DNA from: the human T2T-CHM13v2.0 reference genome, Homo sapiens
NCBI RefSeq assembly: GCF_009914755.1
Contig: NC_060933.1
Direction: 5' to 3' (one strand)
DNA: 64,000 nt
Shown piece after piece: positions 1 through 13,790 of the stretch. The position numbers and the translations under genes are program-made. The notes beneath the pieces were generated by a model that saw nothing but the letters and a program-made list of their open reading frames with translations, did not search any database and was not told the origin of the DNA. Each line of letters opens with the position of its first letter. The stretch's first letter is position 1.

Positions 1-357
1 TGCATGAGCTGCAGGAGAGACATTCTCTTCTATCTGCCAACACACGGGATCTCATGCAGAGCCTAGAAAACTACAGGCTCTGGGTTCTTTCCTGTCAGAA
101 ACCAGAGAGTGTTTGCCCTCTTCTGAAACTCCATTTTTTGGTAATATCTTTGAGGATCCATCTAAGGAATGTGGTTCCCCTGCCACCCGTCACCCTGCTG
201 GCTCCAGCAGCTCAGCCCAAGGGATTGCTGGGGGATTGTGCATGTCTTTGGCCTGGCTTCAACTGGCCATGGCTTTTCCCCATTTGTGGACACAGCCAAG
301 GGAAGCCTGGTGCCTGGCTCTGAGACCCACATGTAACACGATCCCAGAAGCACTTAC

Positions 358-1174
358 CCGACGGCTTGTCGGTGGAAGATGGGAGGCTGGTGAGAGTGGG
401 CATAGTGGGCAGAGGGGGTGGCAGCACCTTCAGGTTCTGGTCACTCTGGATCTCGTTGGTAGAGATCTGGTTGATGATGCGGTTGTAGGTGGGTGGTTGG
501 TAGACCCGGGGCGGGGCAGCGGGGGGTGGCTGGGGGACGGGCCTGGCCGAGGGCACCCTCTGGCAGTGCTCCTCAAGCTGCGCGATGATCTCTGATTGGT
601 TGTGGGCCAGTGTGGCCAGGTGCTGGTACTTGTGCTCCAGGTCCTTGTACTTGCTGGCCAGCTGCAGCATGTCGGCTGTCTGGTTCAGGATCCTGTTCTC
701 CAGCTGGGAGAGCTCCAACGCGTTGTCCCGCTTGCGGATGATCTCGTGCAGGAGCTGCATGTAGAGCTGCGTGACCCGCGAGTTCATGTTGCGGCTCTCC
801 TTGCGCAGCAGCTTCACCTCGCTCACAATGCCGCCGTCCACCTCCACCAGCTGCTGCAGCGTCTCGATCTGCCGCTTCTGCTTGAGCAGCTCATTGTTGA
901 GCAGCTCTAGCTCCTGCTTATGCACTCGGTTCTCCAGAAGCACCTCAGGCTCCTTGGAGTTGACGCAGATGGCACCCGTGACCCGCTGCTGGGGCACAAT
1001 GAAGGTGTAGGTGCACTTGTCCTGGGACTCGCCCGCCCGCTTGTACCTGTTTAGGTAAATGAACTCTCTTGGCGAGCCCTCCTCAGTGCCCTCAAAACCG
1101 TCCTCCTGGCCTGCAACAGCTCCCATGGCAGCCAGCAGTCCGAGCCACCAGCATGTCACGCACAGTGGCCTCAT
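358..1174 (-). CDS. ANGPTL2: Angiopoietin-like protein 2, coding part of the first coding exon (272 codons + 1 nt): signal peptide, coiled coil, Pro-rich linker. The fibrinogen-like domain lies in exons outside the window.
   Basis: The ORF 212..1174(-) translates as MRPLCVTCWWLGLLAAMGAVAG...CTYTFIVPQQRVTGAICVN...SSTDKPSG, which I recognise as the ANGPTL2 N-terminus. It has a hydrophobic signal peptide, a heptad-rich coil and NQT/NQS sequons. The ATG context is ACCATGA. A strong donor CGG|GTAAGT (GT at 357-356) ends the exon in phase 1, and the ORF beyond it is intron read-through. Confidence 0.98.
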
Positions 1175-1223
1175 GGTCCTTGCAAAATGGTGGTTATTCT
1201 TTGTGAATAGAATCTATGAAAGC
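1175..1223 (-). other. ANGPTL2: ANGPTL2 exon 2, 5'UTR portion (49 nt); the whole exon spans 358-1223
   Basis: The minus-strand acceptor reads ctgattctcccctctgtttactttcag|GCTTTC, with a polypyrimidine tract and AG at 1225-1224. Confidence 0.92.
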
Positions 1224-2599
1224 CTGAAAGTAAACAGAGGGGAGAATCAGTGATGGTCCCACCACTGTCAGTGCCCTGTGCCATCAGTGATCCCAGCCTT
1301 CTCGCCAGGCAGGCAGAGCTTTCCAAAAACTCTGCTTCAGGATGCTGGGTTATATTCTCTTGGAGTCAGAGAACAGGCAGCCATTCTGGAAGCAAGAGGA
1401 GACAGGCAAGCCCCAGCAGAGGTAGAAGGGAAGAGGGAGGGTCTCAGGGCATCTGAAGGCAGGAGGCCATGGCCCTGCTACTCCCAGAGCCAGCTCCAAT
1501 GCCCGCAGCCCCCTTGCTGAACTCCTGGCCTAGAGCCTGAGAATCGTATCCAGGCAGCTTCAGGCTGGGGAGGGGAGGCAGAGGGAGGGTTTTCTGGTCT
1601 CTCTCTTCTGCTACCTTTGGTTCCTCAGACTGTTGAGTCTCCCTATTCTATACTTTCACACCCCCTGAACTTTCCCCTTGTAATACCCATCACCGCTGTG
1701 CTGAATAGCAGTTCTGTTTGATCTTCTCTGTTGGATTCTAACTCCATGAGGGCATGTCGTCTGTCTGATTCAACCCTGTATTCCCAGGATATTGCACTTT
1801 GGGCAAATATTTGATAAACAAATGAATCGTTAGACATGTTATGGAATACATTCAGGGTTTAGTGGACAATATCAGTGGAAGGATGTGTCCAGTTACGTGG
1901 CTCTGGTCACTGTGTTAGCTAAGCTACAGAGCCAAAACAGGAACAAACAACTGAGCTCTTCTGAATCCAAATATTTGCAGTAGCCAGTGACAGCACAGTC
2001 CTGACCACTGCAACGTGATTAAGTTAGAAGGGAGCAGAACACAGAATGTGTCTCCAGATTTGCTTCACTTCTATTCTTGGACCATTCATCCTTTCACCAG
2101 ATGTTGATTGAACACCTGTGATTTGCTGGACAGCATGCTAGTGGCTAGGGATACAGCTACCAACAGGATGGAGCCAGTCCCTGCCCTCATGGGGCTTTCA
2201 CATCATTATGCCATTCCCAAATGCCAGAAAGCACAACTGTCACATGCTGTAAAGGAGTATTACAGGGAATTGACCTAGAGGGTCAGGAATGCTTCCCTGA
2301 GAAAGTGCCCTTTACACTGACCCTTGAGGAATGAGTAGGAGTTAAATGGGCCAAGAGGGAGGGGAGGACACGTGCTAGATCCCTTCTCTTGCCCACTCGA
2401 GGGCCTTGCTCCAGCAGTCCTCACCGTCTCCCCAACATCAGGATGGTTTTCCTATAATCATACGGTTTTTTCTCTCAACTTAAAACCCTCTCTTGACCTC
2501 ACATCCCCTCTGCAGCTCTTGTTGCATTTCTCTGCTCCCCTTTTTAGCAAAGCCTCCAAAGAGATGCCTGCACTCACCATTTCCAGAAAGTTCCTCTCT

Positions 2600-3920
2600 T
2601 CCTGGTCTCTCTTGAGCCCACCCTCATCAGGCTTTGCCCGCTCCCCTTCATTCTAGGTTGCCCTAGACAGGATCCCCTGTCTGTTTGCCAGATGGAAGGG
2701 CTGGTTCTTGATCCTCATTAATATTTTCCCTCTCACACTGTGGGATACAGTTGGGCTCCCTTCTTGACCTTCCTTTCCAGAGCGCCACCCTGCCTCCTGT
2801 CTTGCCGGCTGTTCCTCCTCAGAGCCTGTGCTGGTTCATCCTCATATTCCTGTCCTTTCTCTACTGTTGAGGGGACCCAAAACTCAGTCCTCAGAATTTT
2901 CTTTACCTTAGTCATCTCATCCAGAGGTCACGTTGGTGATCACCCTCAAGTACTGATTACATCCGCATTTATTTCTGGAACTCTCCCCAGGACTCTAGAC
3001 TCATACATACAGCTGCTTTTTTGACATTTCCACTTGACTATCTGCTAGGTATCTCAACTCATCCAGAAATGAACTCGTTTTTCCCCGTATCTCCAACCCA
3101 ACCTGTTCATCCCAGTTTTTCCTGTGTTCATAAATGTCCACTCTGGTTGCTCAGGCCGAAAGTCTTGAAGTCATCCTAGACGCCTTTCTTTCTTTCATAC
3201 CCCACATCTAATTCACCGCCAAATTACGATGCCAGAAATATTCTTAGAGTCCTGTGTCTCCCCACCTCCCTGCCACCACCCTGTTGCAACCCACCTGCAT
3301 CATTTACCTGGACTATTGGAGTAATTTCCTAACTAGCCTCCCTGCCCCAGCCTTGCCCATCCTACCTTCTGTCCTCAACTTCACAGCCAGAGTGGTCCTT
3401 TTTAAAAAGTCAAACGGGGTCACTCTTCTATTCAAAACCCCCCAGTGGCTCACCATCTTGGAGGAAAAGCTAGTGGGTCTCCAAGGCACTCTATGATCTG
3501 GCCCCCACTTCCTCCCTGGTCTCATCTCTGACCCCTCTCCCCTACGATCATCTCCTCCAACCACCTGGTTGACCTTTTGGTTGTCTGTCAAGTGTTCTAA
3601 GCACAGTTAGGACTCAGGGCCTTTATACTTGCTGGTCCCTGCCCCCTTCTTCGTTGTTTGTTCCCTTACCTCTTTCAATCTTTGCTGAAATACCACCTTC
3701 TCAGTTAGACCCTCCCTGCTGATTTAAGATTGTGACCTCACCACCTTCCCCCTCCAGTGTCCTTATCACCATAAGATACACGCTGTCTCCTCCCCGTTCC
3801 CTTGAATGCAAGCTGCATGATGGTAGGGAGGTGTTTGTGTTGGTCACTGCTCCATGTGCAGTGCCTACCACGTGGCCTGAAATACATAGGAGCTCAATAA
3901 ATATTTGTTGATGGAATGAC
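2600..3920 (+). mobile_element. L2 LINE 3' fragment(s); boundaries approximate
   Basis: Pyrimidine-rich L2-like text (e.g. catttacctggactattggagtaatttcctaactagcctccctgcc) ends in the typical L2 tail gtgcctaccacgtggcctgaaatacataggagctcaataaatatttgttgatggaatga. Confidence 0.7.
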
Positions 3921-4059
3921 AAGACACACCTGCCAACAGCTGCTGAGCAGCTGGGAGTGCTGGAAAGAGGGATAGATTGGGGCAGGGATCCCATGGACAA
4001 GTGACTGCCTGAGGAGGTCAGAGCTGCGCAGAGGAGGGCCTATGTGTGTATTTATTAAT

Positions 4060-4290
4060 AACATCCATTGACCAAGGTCCGCTATATACCTGACCCTGGA
4101 CTAAACATTTTGCAAGTGTTTTCCAGTTTCCCGTGTTCTCATAATCTCCTTTTAAGGTAGATACTGTTGCTGTTTACATTTTACAGGTGAGGAAACTGAG
4201 ACTCAGTGAGGCTGAGTGACTTGCCCAAAATCAGAAAGCTAGAAGGTGGCAGAACCAGAGCTCAACCCTGGTCTGCTGGATTGGAACCTG
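4060..4290 (-). mobile_element. MIR SINE (one of many)
   Basis: MIR core ttttacaggtgaggaaactgagactcagtgaggctgagtgacttgcccaa. Confidence 0.7.
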
Positions 4291-7200
4291 CTAACTCTTA
4301 ACGATGACACAGGCATGTATTTAATCTGGTTTTTACTAGTAAAAGGGTATTAGCATCACTACTTTCTGATTTCACATTAATCTGTGCTAAAATAACAAGT
4401 ATGACACAGGACCTAAAGATTTTGTCCTCCCTGAACCCCTTTGGGGGCTTCTCCAGTGAGGACCCTGGGTCTGGGCTCCACCTTGGACCAGCCAGTGAGC
4501 AGTTACAAAAGAGACCCTGTGCTCCCTGGGGCCTTGCTGAGCTGTTTTCCACTTAAATGACAAAGCCCAAGCATGATTCCTATGGCCTGCTCAGGCCTCT
4601 CTGAGGCTAGGCAGAGAAAGGTGTGTGGGAGCTTCTGGTTTGGGCTCTGCTAGGAGGTGGGGCTGCAGTGACGTCAGTGGAAACCCAGCTGAGTTTGGAA
4701 GTGTTTGCCTCGTTTCCAACGGTGCTTTGGCTGCCCCTGTGCTAGTGGTCACACCCACCCCAGAACAATGGGGAGGAGCCGCCCCCGACCCTGGGCTAGG
4801 GCAGGCCTGCTGGGCCAACGCCTTCTTCAGGCTGCTCACCTGAGGCAGTGGGTGACAGACACCTCTCTGTGCCCATGTGGGCGCAGGGCTCCACTGTGGC
4901 CAAGAAACTGCCAGAGGCCCAGGAGGCAACCTGGCTGCAAGACAAGGTTGGTTTCCAAGCCTTCCTGGACCTCCAGATTTGATTTGCACTATTTATGGTT
5001 GAGTTCTATCCTCTCCCAAACATGGGCTCTCACAGCTCCCCGACAGAGTTCTTGCCATTGCACTTGAGACCTCAAAGGCTGAGTCTTTTCTGTGAAATGG
5101 GATGATCCAACCCACCTTGCACACTAGGTGAGCAGCATGGAAGTGCATCAGAAGCGGGAGATTGGAATAATGTGTTAGCAATACGATAGCAAGAACAACA
5201 AAGCTGAAACAAAACCAACAACAGTGAGGATGCTGGGTGTGGGCCAGGCAGTGTGCCAAGCACTCACACCATCTCCTTGACTAATGCTTGCACAGGGCTT
5301 TAGGGCTTCCAGACCCTTCACATCAACATTCTCTCATCTAATCATTCCAACACTCAGAGTGACTTACTAGTGTTATGCCCATTTCTAGGCTGAGGAAACT
5401 GAAGCTCAAAAAGGTGTAGGGGTAGCTGACTTTGAGGTCATGTTGCGAGCAGTGGGACCTCTTGTAACTACATTGATTCTGAGTCCTACTGTTACATCTC
5501 TGTGGGGCCTAGGCTTAGTGGGGGTGACTCAGAACTGATTGGGTTACAGGAAGGAAGGGAAGGAACAGGGCACTGTGCTGGGCGCCTGACATACATTGTC
5601 CCAGGTAATCCGGTGGGTTGTTATTCACCCCTGTTTTATCAACGGAGACATTGCAACCCAAACAGGCTCAGTGATTTGCCCAGGAACACACGGCAGATAA
5701 CAGCCAAAGGTGACTGAGCCTAGGACTTGGGTCAACCTGATACCAAGGGCCATGCTCCTTGGGCTTCTCTTTGAGCCTCAGAGTCATTTATTTTCCTTGG
5801 AGTCCAAGACTCCAACCCCAATTCCTCCCCTCCCCCCAGCAGTTTTTTGCCAGTTTGGCGGCTCTTAATGGGCAGTAATAAGTTTGTTTACTTTTGCTCT
5901 CTTGATATTTATTCAACTCATTGTATCTCAAGAGAAGTAACACCCCCCACCCCCACCCCGGCATTCCAGCCATCTTAGGACTGAAGAAGAACTCAACTCC
6001 AATCAAAGTGATGCTCCTCACTTTTTTCCTGTGTCCAACAAAGAAAAGCAAATCCAACTGTTTTCCTTGGCTTCAGAATTAAAATAAAAACGATTCTTAA
6101 AATTGCTTTTCCACATTGTATTGTGAGGAGTTTCCATCACGCATGGGTTTTCCCTCCCCACAAGTGAGGCTGGTGTGACTGTGCCACGTGACAGCCTTTG
6201 TACACTGGGAGGCAGCCTCTCCAGGGCTTGGGTCCCACCCAGTCTCCGGTGGGCTGCCTCTGAATGTCCCCGCTTGGCCTGATGTGGTGGGGCCACACAT
6301 CATGTGTCCGCATCCCTCTCACCACTGTGGTGCCACAGCCCAAGCAAGGGGCCACTTTGTGGGAAGAGCTGTCATTTTCATCAGATGGAGCTGTGTGTTC
6401 TGCCCTGCAGCAGAAGCTGCCGGCCTGGGATCCTCTTTTGAGTTCACCCCAAAGGTTAGAAATGAGAAAAGTTCCAGCAATTAAAAGAATAACAACAATA
6501 AATTGTCACTATGGCTCAAGCACTTTATATACATTATCTCACTTAATCTTCCCAACAGCCCTCGGAAGGCGGCCTGTTATTTGAGGGCCGCCATGCATGG
6601 TGGCCCCACTTGAGCACTGTGCTACTCTAGGGGACACAACTCACATTCATAGTCTTTATGTTTTTTATATTTATATTGTAGCAATTTTCTGATGCCCACA
6701 AAGATACTTTTAAGGCTAACAGCAAAGCTGACATTTATCCCTATTTGCAGTTGAGGAAACTATTGAGATTTGAGGATCGTGAGTCATTTGCCCAAATCAC
6801 AAATTAATAAGTAGTAGAGCCACTAACAGATCCCAAAATAACCCCCAAAGATACCATACTGTGAATAAAGAGAAACCAAAGTGCCAAAGTGACTGGAAAC
6901 CCAAAAGAGGTTGTTCTCTGACCCTCTAGGCAGGACGACGACAGGAGTGCTCTTGCCGTCATTAGGCCTGCAGATCCCAGGGAAGCCTCCAAATTAAATC
7001 CGGATCTCAGGAGTTGATTCATCATCAGTCCAGGTTGTAGTCCTGCCTGGAGGACTTACAGAACCACCCCCTCACCACCCGTCCTCTGGTCAGCACTGCC
7101 CATTGGTCTGTGATCACAGATGAAGGCCAATAATGGGTCCACGCCATAAGAGGCATCCCAGCACTGCAGGAGGCCTGAGAAGCGGGCCTCTGCCAAGGCA

Positions 7201-7571
7201 GTCAGGGAATCTGGAACTGCCAGCTGGCCCCTGACGTCGGGGTTCTGGGAAGCTAGAAGCCTGAGCTGTGCTTGAGTGAGTCTGGTGGACCTGAGCATGA
7301 ATCAAGTTTGTGAAACTATCATCAGGACAGAAGACAGATGAAAACATCAACATTAGCTAGCAGGTGTTCCTACTAAGCTGTTGAAATGTATGGTGTGCTG
7401 GTAGGGAAGTATCCAAACCAGTTGGTAATCCAAGATGTGGGAGGGATCCAGATGAAGGAAAAGGCCCAGCTGATCAGGTGACCAGTAGTATTGCTAATAA
7501 TGGCTGTCGTTTGTTGTGAATTTGGGTGCCCAGCTGTACTCTATCTCATTGGCTCTTAATAGCTCTATGAG

Positions 7572-7925
<354 letters not shown>

Positions 7926-10474
7926 CTAAGAGAAAGGTATTATATCTGCATTTGGCAGTAGAGGAAACCCAAGTCTAGAAAGGTTAGGTCGCTTGTTCAA
8001 GATCACTTGGAAGTAAATATCACAACTGGGATTTAGCTGTCAACTGCTAGGTCCAAACCCTGCCTTGCATCAAGATTGTCTCTTCAACCAGTATGAATAA
8101 AAGGTGCTTGTTTGTTTAATGGCTGAGATGCAGCTTGCATGTTACTCACTGTTGACTGAATAAGTAGAAATAGCTTTCAGGTCAGCACAAGGGTGTGTTT
8201 TGTTGGATGTTGGAAAGAGCTGCTTGATCACGCAAGTGGTAAGACCCCAAAATGGGCATCTGGGATGAGCAGTGACACCCTCACCTTGGAGAACCTGGTG
8301 AAAGGACTGTGCATTGTTTGTCCTGGATGATTCACCATCAGCCCGGAGGCCAGGGAGGGCATATCCAGATCTCCAGCTGCCCTCCCCTCCTGGCTGAGGA
8401 TGCTATGAATGATTCCCCACCAGAAGGCACCTGGGGAGTCTGGAGTCAATTCCCAAACCCTTCTAGTTCAGCTCTCATAAGACCATTGAATGAACCATTT
8501 ATCCATCCATCCAGCCCTCCATCACCCACCCATTTAGCCTTCCCATGCAGCTAGCCATTGTGCATTGCTACTACCTGTCATGGGTGATGGGAGCCATGAG
8601 TCAGAGAAGCAGGGTAAGACAGATTTGCCTGGAGGAGTAGCACTGGGGGTTCGAATCTGCCTGATGCTTTGGGCTCTTGTGCTCCTGCCATTGGTGAATT
8701 GCTGGCTCCAGGAAGAGTTCATGGAGGAGGCGGGTTGTGGTCACACCATGAGATCATAGGGTAGAGGGGGATGTGGTTAGGGAGTGGGGGAGCTGGTTGC
8801 CTTTTCCGGGGGACAAGGACACTGCTGTTACTTTTTCACAGTGCGTTATTTGGGAACCATTTTGAGATTCCCCCAAAGTCTGTGCACTGAGGCCTCTGTG
8901 CCAGGAGCCTTGGCCAACAGAGCAGAGGCGGGGAAGAGTCTGCAGAAGCCATTTCAGAGTCCAGCTTCTGAGTTGGCTGCTGCATTTCCGGCAGTGCCTA
9001 GTGTGCTCTGGAGCCCTACAACTGGGAAAGCCCTAGACAAGAGGGAGAAGTCAAGGGCTGGGTGGACAGCACTGCCCCAGGGTGACTTTCTTGGGAAGTC
9101 CAGGCCTTGCCTGGGGCTGCTTTTCTGGACCAGGCTGAGAAGTTGGCACCAGGGCCACCTTGGCTGTTTGGATGGACTTGTTCCTCAAACACTGGGACAA
9201 CCAATGTTTGTGTCTGCCTCACTGATCCCGGTAGCTCTTTGAGGCAGGGGCTATGACTATCCTCATTTCACAGATGAGCAAACAAAGGTAAGGGATGAAG
9301 CCACTTGTCCAGGGGCACAGTGCTACCAAGTGGTGGAGCTGGGCCCAGTAACAGATTTGTCTAACCCAGGGCCAGGTTTCTTACCCACACAATCCTAATT
9401 GGCCTCCCTGCCTTTGGGTGCTCTCTCCCCTGCAGTCTACACTGCATGCAGCTCCAGGGCTGTCTGTCTGACACCCACATCTGATCATGTCAGCGTCCTG
9501 CTTAAAAACAGACCTTGTGTTGTCATGCCTCCCTGCCTTTGCATGTGCTGTGCTTCCTGCCTCGAGTACCTTCCCCCACTGTCCTGGCTGATGCCTGCCT
9601 GTCTTCCTAAGTTGACCTCACCATGAAGCCATCCATTCAGTGAGGTCTTCCCTCCCTCCTTCAGCTCACAAGTGCAGCTGTGGCTGCTTCCAACTCAACA
9701 CCCAAGACTCAGATTGCAGTCATCTGGTTATCTCCCTCCTGACTACAGCTTCTTTAAAAAGCAGGGCCAGGGCAGATTCCTCCTCTGACTACTGAGTATC
9801 CAGGATGGCACCTAGGTTACTAAATAGGAATTCAAGAACTTCATTTGTATAATGTATTTCCCAATAAGTTCTCCTCTTCCAGCCACTGTGCCAGCGGCTG
9901 GAGGTAGAACAGGAACAAGGTGGGTGAGGTCCTTACCCTCAAGGGGTCCACGGTAGTAGGTGAGACAGAGACTAGGCATTTGTAATGCAAAGAGATCCAT
10001 GCCCAGATAGGGAAACTTGGGGGGCTGTGGGGCACCTGACCTAGCCTCAGAAAAGCCCTTGGCTGGACAACAGAGAGAGGAATGGTGTGGCACCCTGGGG
10101 TAGAGAAGCTTGTTTGCTTGAGAGCCTGGGCCTGAGGCTTGCTTCATTGATTCATTCATTCCACAGATATCTTTTCTACCTGGCCCTGAGTGGGTATTAG
10201 AGATTCGGCAGTAACTGAGACAGACACAGCCTTTCCCTCATGGAGGTTGGAGTGGGACCACCTCAGGCAGGACTTTAAGGATTCTTGGAGCTGGGCAGGT
10301 CCTCAGGCATCTCTTGAAGATAAGAACAGAGTCCATTCTGGGCTTTTCCTTGGTGGTCTTGGTACTGCCTGTCTGGACAACTAGGCAGCAGGGGGTTGCT
10401 GAGGCTCTGGGGCTGCTGGCCCCAGACAGGCTGATTTCAGCAGAGAATGGACTGACACAATAGTTCAGTTGTGA

Positions 10475-10654
<180 letters not shown>

Positions 10655-11894
10655 TGATTGATGTGTACATGTGACAGGCCATCGTAACGTTGTAACCCCC
10701 AACACTGTTATGAACTCAGTCATATGGCTCACAGTCCATGTGAAAGAACACAGTTTTGTCATAGAAACTACCCCCAGAATGAGGCTTCTGACGTGACCAG
10801 TGTATCACCACAAACTCCAAGCTGCCTGTGGCTGAATAACTCTTCTATTTGGGGTGTTTTATATAAATTCACAAAAAAGAAATGCTATTCAATGAATTGA
10901 TTCTTTCTTGAGATTTCCACAGTGTGGTTGTCCAGGATGGCAGCAGGCTGGGGTGGAACCAGCACAGGTCTGGGTTTCAATCTTTGCTTTTTGGCCCATG
11001 CATGGAGAGACCGTGGGAGAGGTGCTGCACCCTGACCCCCAGTTTCCACTTCTGTAAGACGGGGACAGCACCACCCACCTTGAGGACCCTCTTAGCTCCT
11101 TGTGCCACCTCTTTACAGCTTTCACACAGTTGTGTGTTTGTGTGATTATTTACTGTCTGCCCAGTCCTGCTGGGCTGTGGGCTCTATGAAGCAGAGCCCC
11201 TCCCCCATCTGCCTGCTGTCAGTTGAGACCATTCCAGATTAAATGGGCTGTGATTCAGAGAGGCCAGTTGCTGAATGTACCTGCTTTGGCAGGGCTGCTG
11301 TCTGTTATGTTTGTTCTATTGTAGCTACCCATTGCCATCTCCCTGATGTTTTCTCAGAAATTGCTCGTGTGTGGCCCAGTGTGGGTGATGAGGACCTGAG
11401 CTCTGATTCTTCAGTCCTAAAGGAGCCTCCAAGTACGGATGTAGAAAGCGCATCAATAGTATCTTAGTCACATGGACCAGTGTTTCCCTGAGGCTCTGCC
11501 CCCACTGAGCTGGGGACAGAGTTTCCTGGTGCTGATGTGGTGAGACAGTATCGCAGAGCACCCAGGCACGTGGAACAAGTCAGCCAACCTGGTTTCGAAG
11601 CTCAGTTCCTCTTGTCACTGACCATATTACCACATAACAGGTACCCTCATAACTGTGCTGAGGCTCATCTCTAAGAGTAACAGTCATGCCTATTTTGCCT
11701 CAGAAGTAGGCTTCCATGAAGAGCAAGGGATGCGCTAAAGTTGAGTAAGTCCATGGTTTTCAGAGGGGTTGGTGCAGCATTCGATAGGACAGCAACCAAA
11801 GCAGATGTGGCTACTGACGACACTGGGCAGGGACCCAGTGACAGTCAGGATAAGAGAAGTTGAGGTGTCTAAACAAGGCACTGAAGTGAGAGGA

Positions 11895-12090
11895 AGTCAG
11901 GGGCTTTGGAGCCAGACAGAGCTGGGTTCCAGTCCCACATAATCACATAACTGTGTGACTTTGGGCAAGTTAACCTCTCGAGACTTAGTTTTCCCATCTG
12001 TAAAATGGGATGCTAAAACTAGAACCTACCTTCTAGGGTTGTGGTGAGGATGAAATGACATAATGTATATGCCTTATTTAGCCCAGTGGG
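11895..12090 (+). mobile_element. MIR SINE
   Basis: ggctttggagccagacagagctgggttccagtccc...tgtgactttgggcaagttaacctctc...cccatctgtaaaatggg. Confidence 0.75.
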
Positions 12091-12984
12091 TACTTCCTAA
12101 ATCACTGGGGGATGGAGGGCCAGATGGAGGAACAGCTTATTTGCTCTGCCCGTGAGCTTCAGCAATAACATGTAGTCCCCTGCTGGACCATGTGCGTTAC
12201 ACATTTTTGTCTGTTCCACCCAGACTGCCTCATTAGTAGTAAGTAGTCCCATTTTTTTTGCCAAGCTCATGAAGTCAGTCAGAGCCTCTGCTCATCCTAA
12301 GCTGCCCAGAGAAGACAGTGAGCCACCATGGTTCCAGGCTGGAGCAGGGAAACCTGTGGCTTCAGTAGCCCCAGAGGCCTTGTGCTAGAGAAGCAAATAC
12401 TTGATGTCACCTTTTCAAAATGCTTCCAAGCGTGCAGGGAGCCCACTGGAACCTCAGGGGGCCACAGCACAGAAGCTCCTCTCCTGGGCTAAGATGTATC
12501 AGTGTTGTCTGGTGTAAGATCCACCAGACATGGCCACCATAGTGCCAGACTTGGTGATGGCCATTCCTTGCCTCTTCCTCTGCAACTCCGGGGCAAACCT
12601 GACTATGGATCCTCCTGATTTTGTGAGCTTCCCACAGCACTAAGGTAGCTGCATTTTCTTATCCACTATGGTTCTGCTGGGGAGATCAATAGGCAGACAG
12701 GCAGTGCCCATGTGGGAAGCAGGATGCCCTTCCTCCTGTAAGGTTGGTATTAGATCCTTTTGTTAATATGTCTGCACTTTTTCTTAGTATGGACTTCTAG
12801 GATGCAGGCATGCTGCAGGTGGCCCCAAACCCAAACCCCAGACATAAAGCCCCCCTCTCCTCAGGCTCCTGGAAAGCCCTCCAGTGTGGGCAGTGATAGT
12901 AGCCACAGTATTATCTCTGTCTCGTGGGATTTTCTGAAAACCCTAGCAGGATATGTCCAGAACAGGGAAAGAATTTGGGTCTCT

Positions 12985-13431
<447 letters not shown>

Positions 13432-13439
13432 CTAGAAAG

Positions 13440-13790
13440 CAGTAGGGTGTGGTTGAGTGGCTCCGGAGCCACACCACTGGGTTCAAGTCCTGGTCCTGGC
13501 ACTTACTAGCCATGTAGCCATGGACACATTACTTTACCTCAGTTTCCTCACCTATAAAACAGGGATGAATAATAATGCCTGTGCTATAGGGTGGTCATGA
13601 GGATTCTACAAGTTGAGTCTGGCATAGAGTAAGTGCAATATAAGTGTTAGCTGTTACTCTCTGGCCATTGTTACCACCTGGGCAGTATTATCCCATTTCA
13701 CAGATAAGAAAACTGAGGTTTAGAAAGGCTAAGTGTTCTGCCAGAGCCATTGGCTAGTAGGTAGAAGAGCTGGGATTTGAAGCCAGCTCA
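13440..13790. mobile_element. Two adjacent MIRs in opposite orientation
   Basis: cctcagtttcctcacctataaaacaggg followed by cccatttcacagataagaaaactgaggttt. Confidence 0.65.

Noticed and set aside
212-357. C-terminal 48 codons of the 320-aa ORF (…KCFWDRVTCG…)
   Set aside because: They lie past the consensus donor at 357, so this is intron read-through and not ANGPTL2 sequence. There is no evidence here for an intron-retained isoform.
113-1010. Plus-strand ORFs (160, 104 and 79 aa) overlapping ANGPTL2 exon 2
   Set aside because: Antisense shadows of a GC-rich coding exon, with no recognisable domain or independent splice signals.
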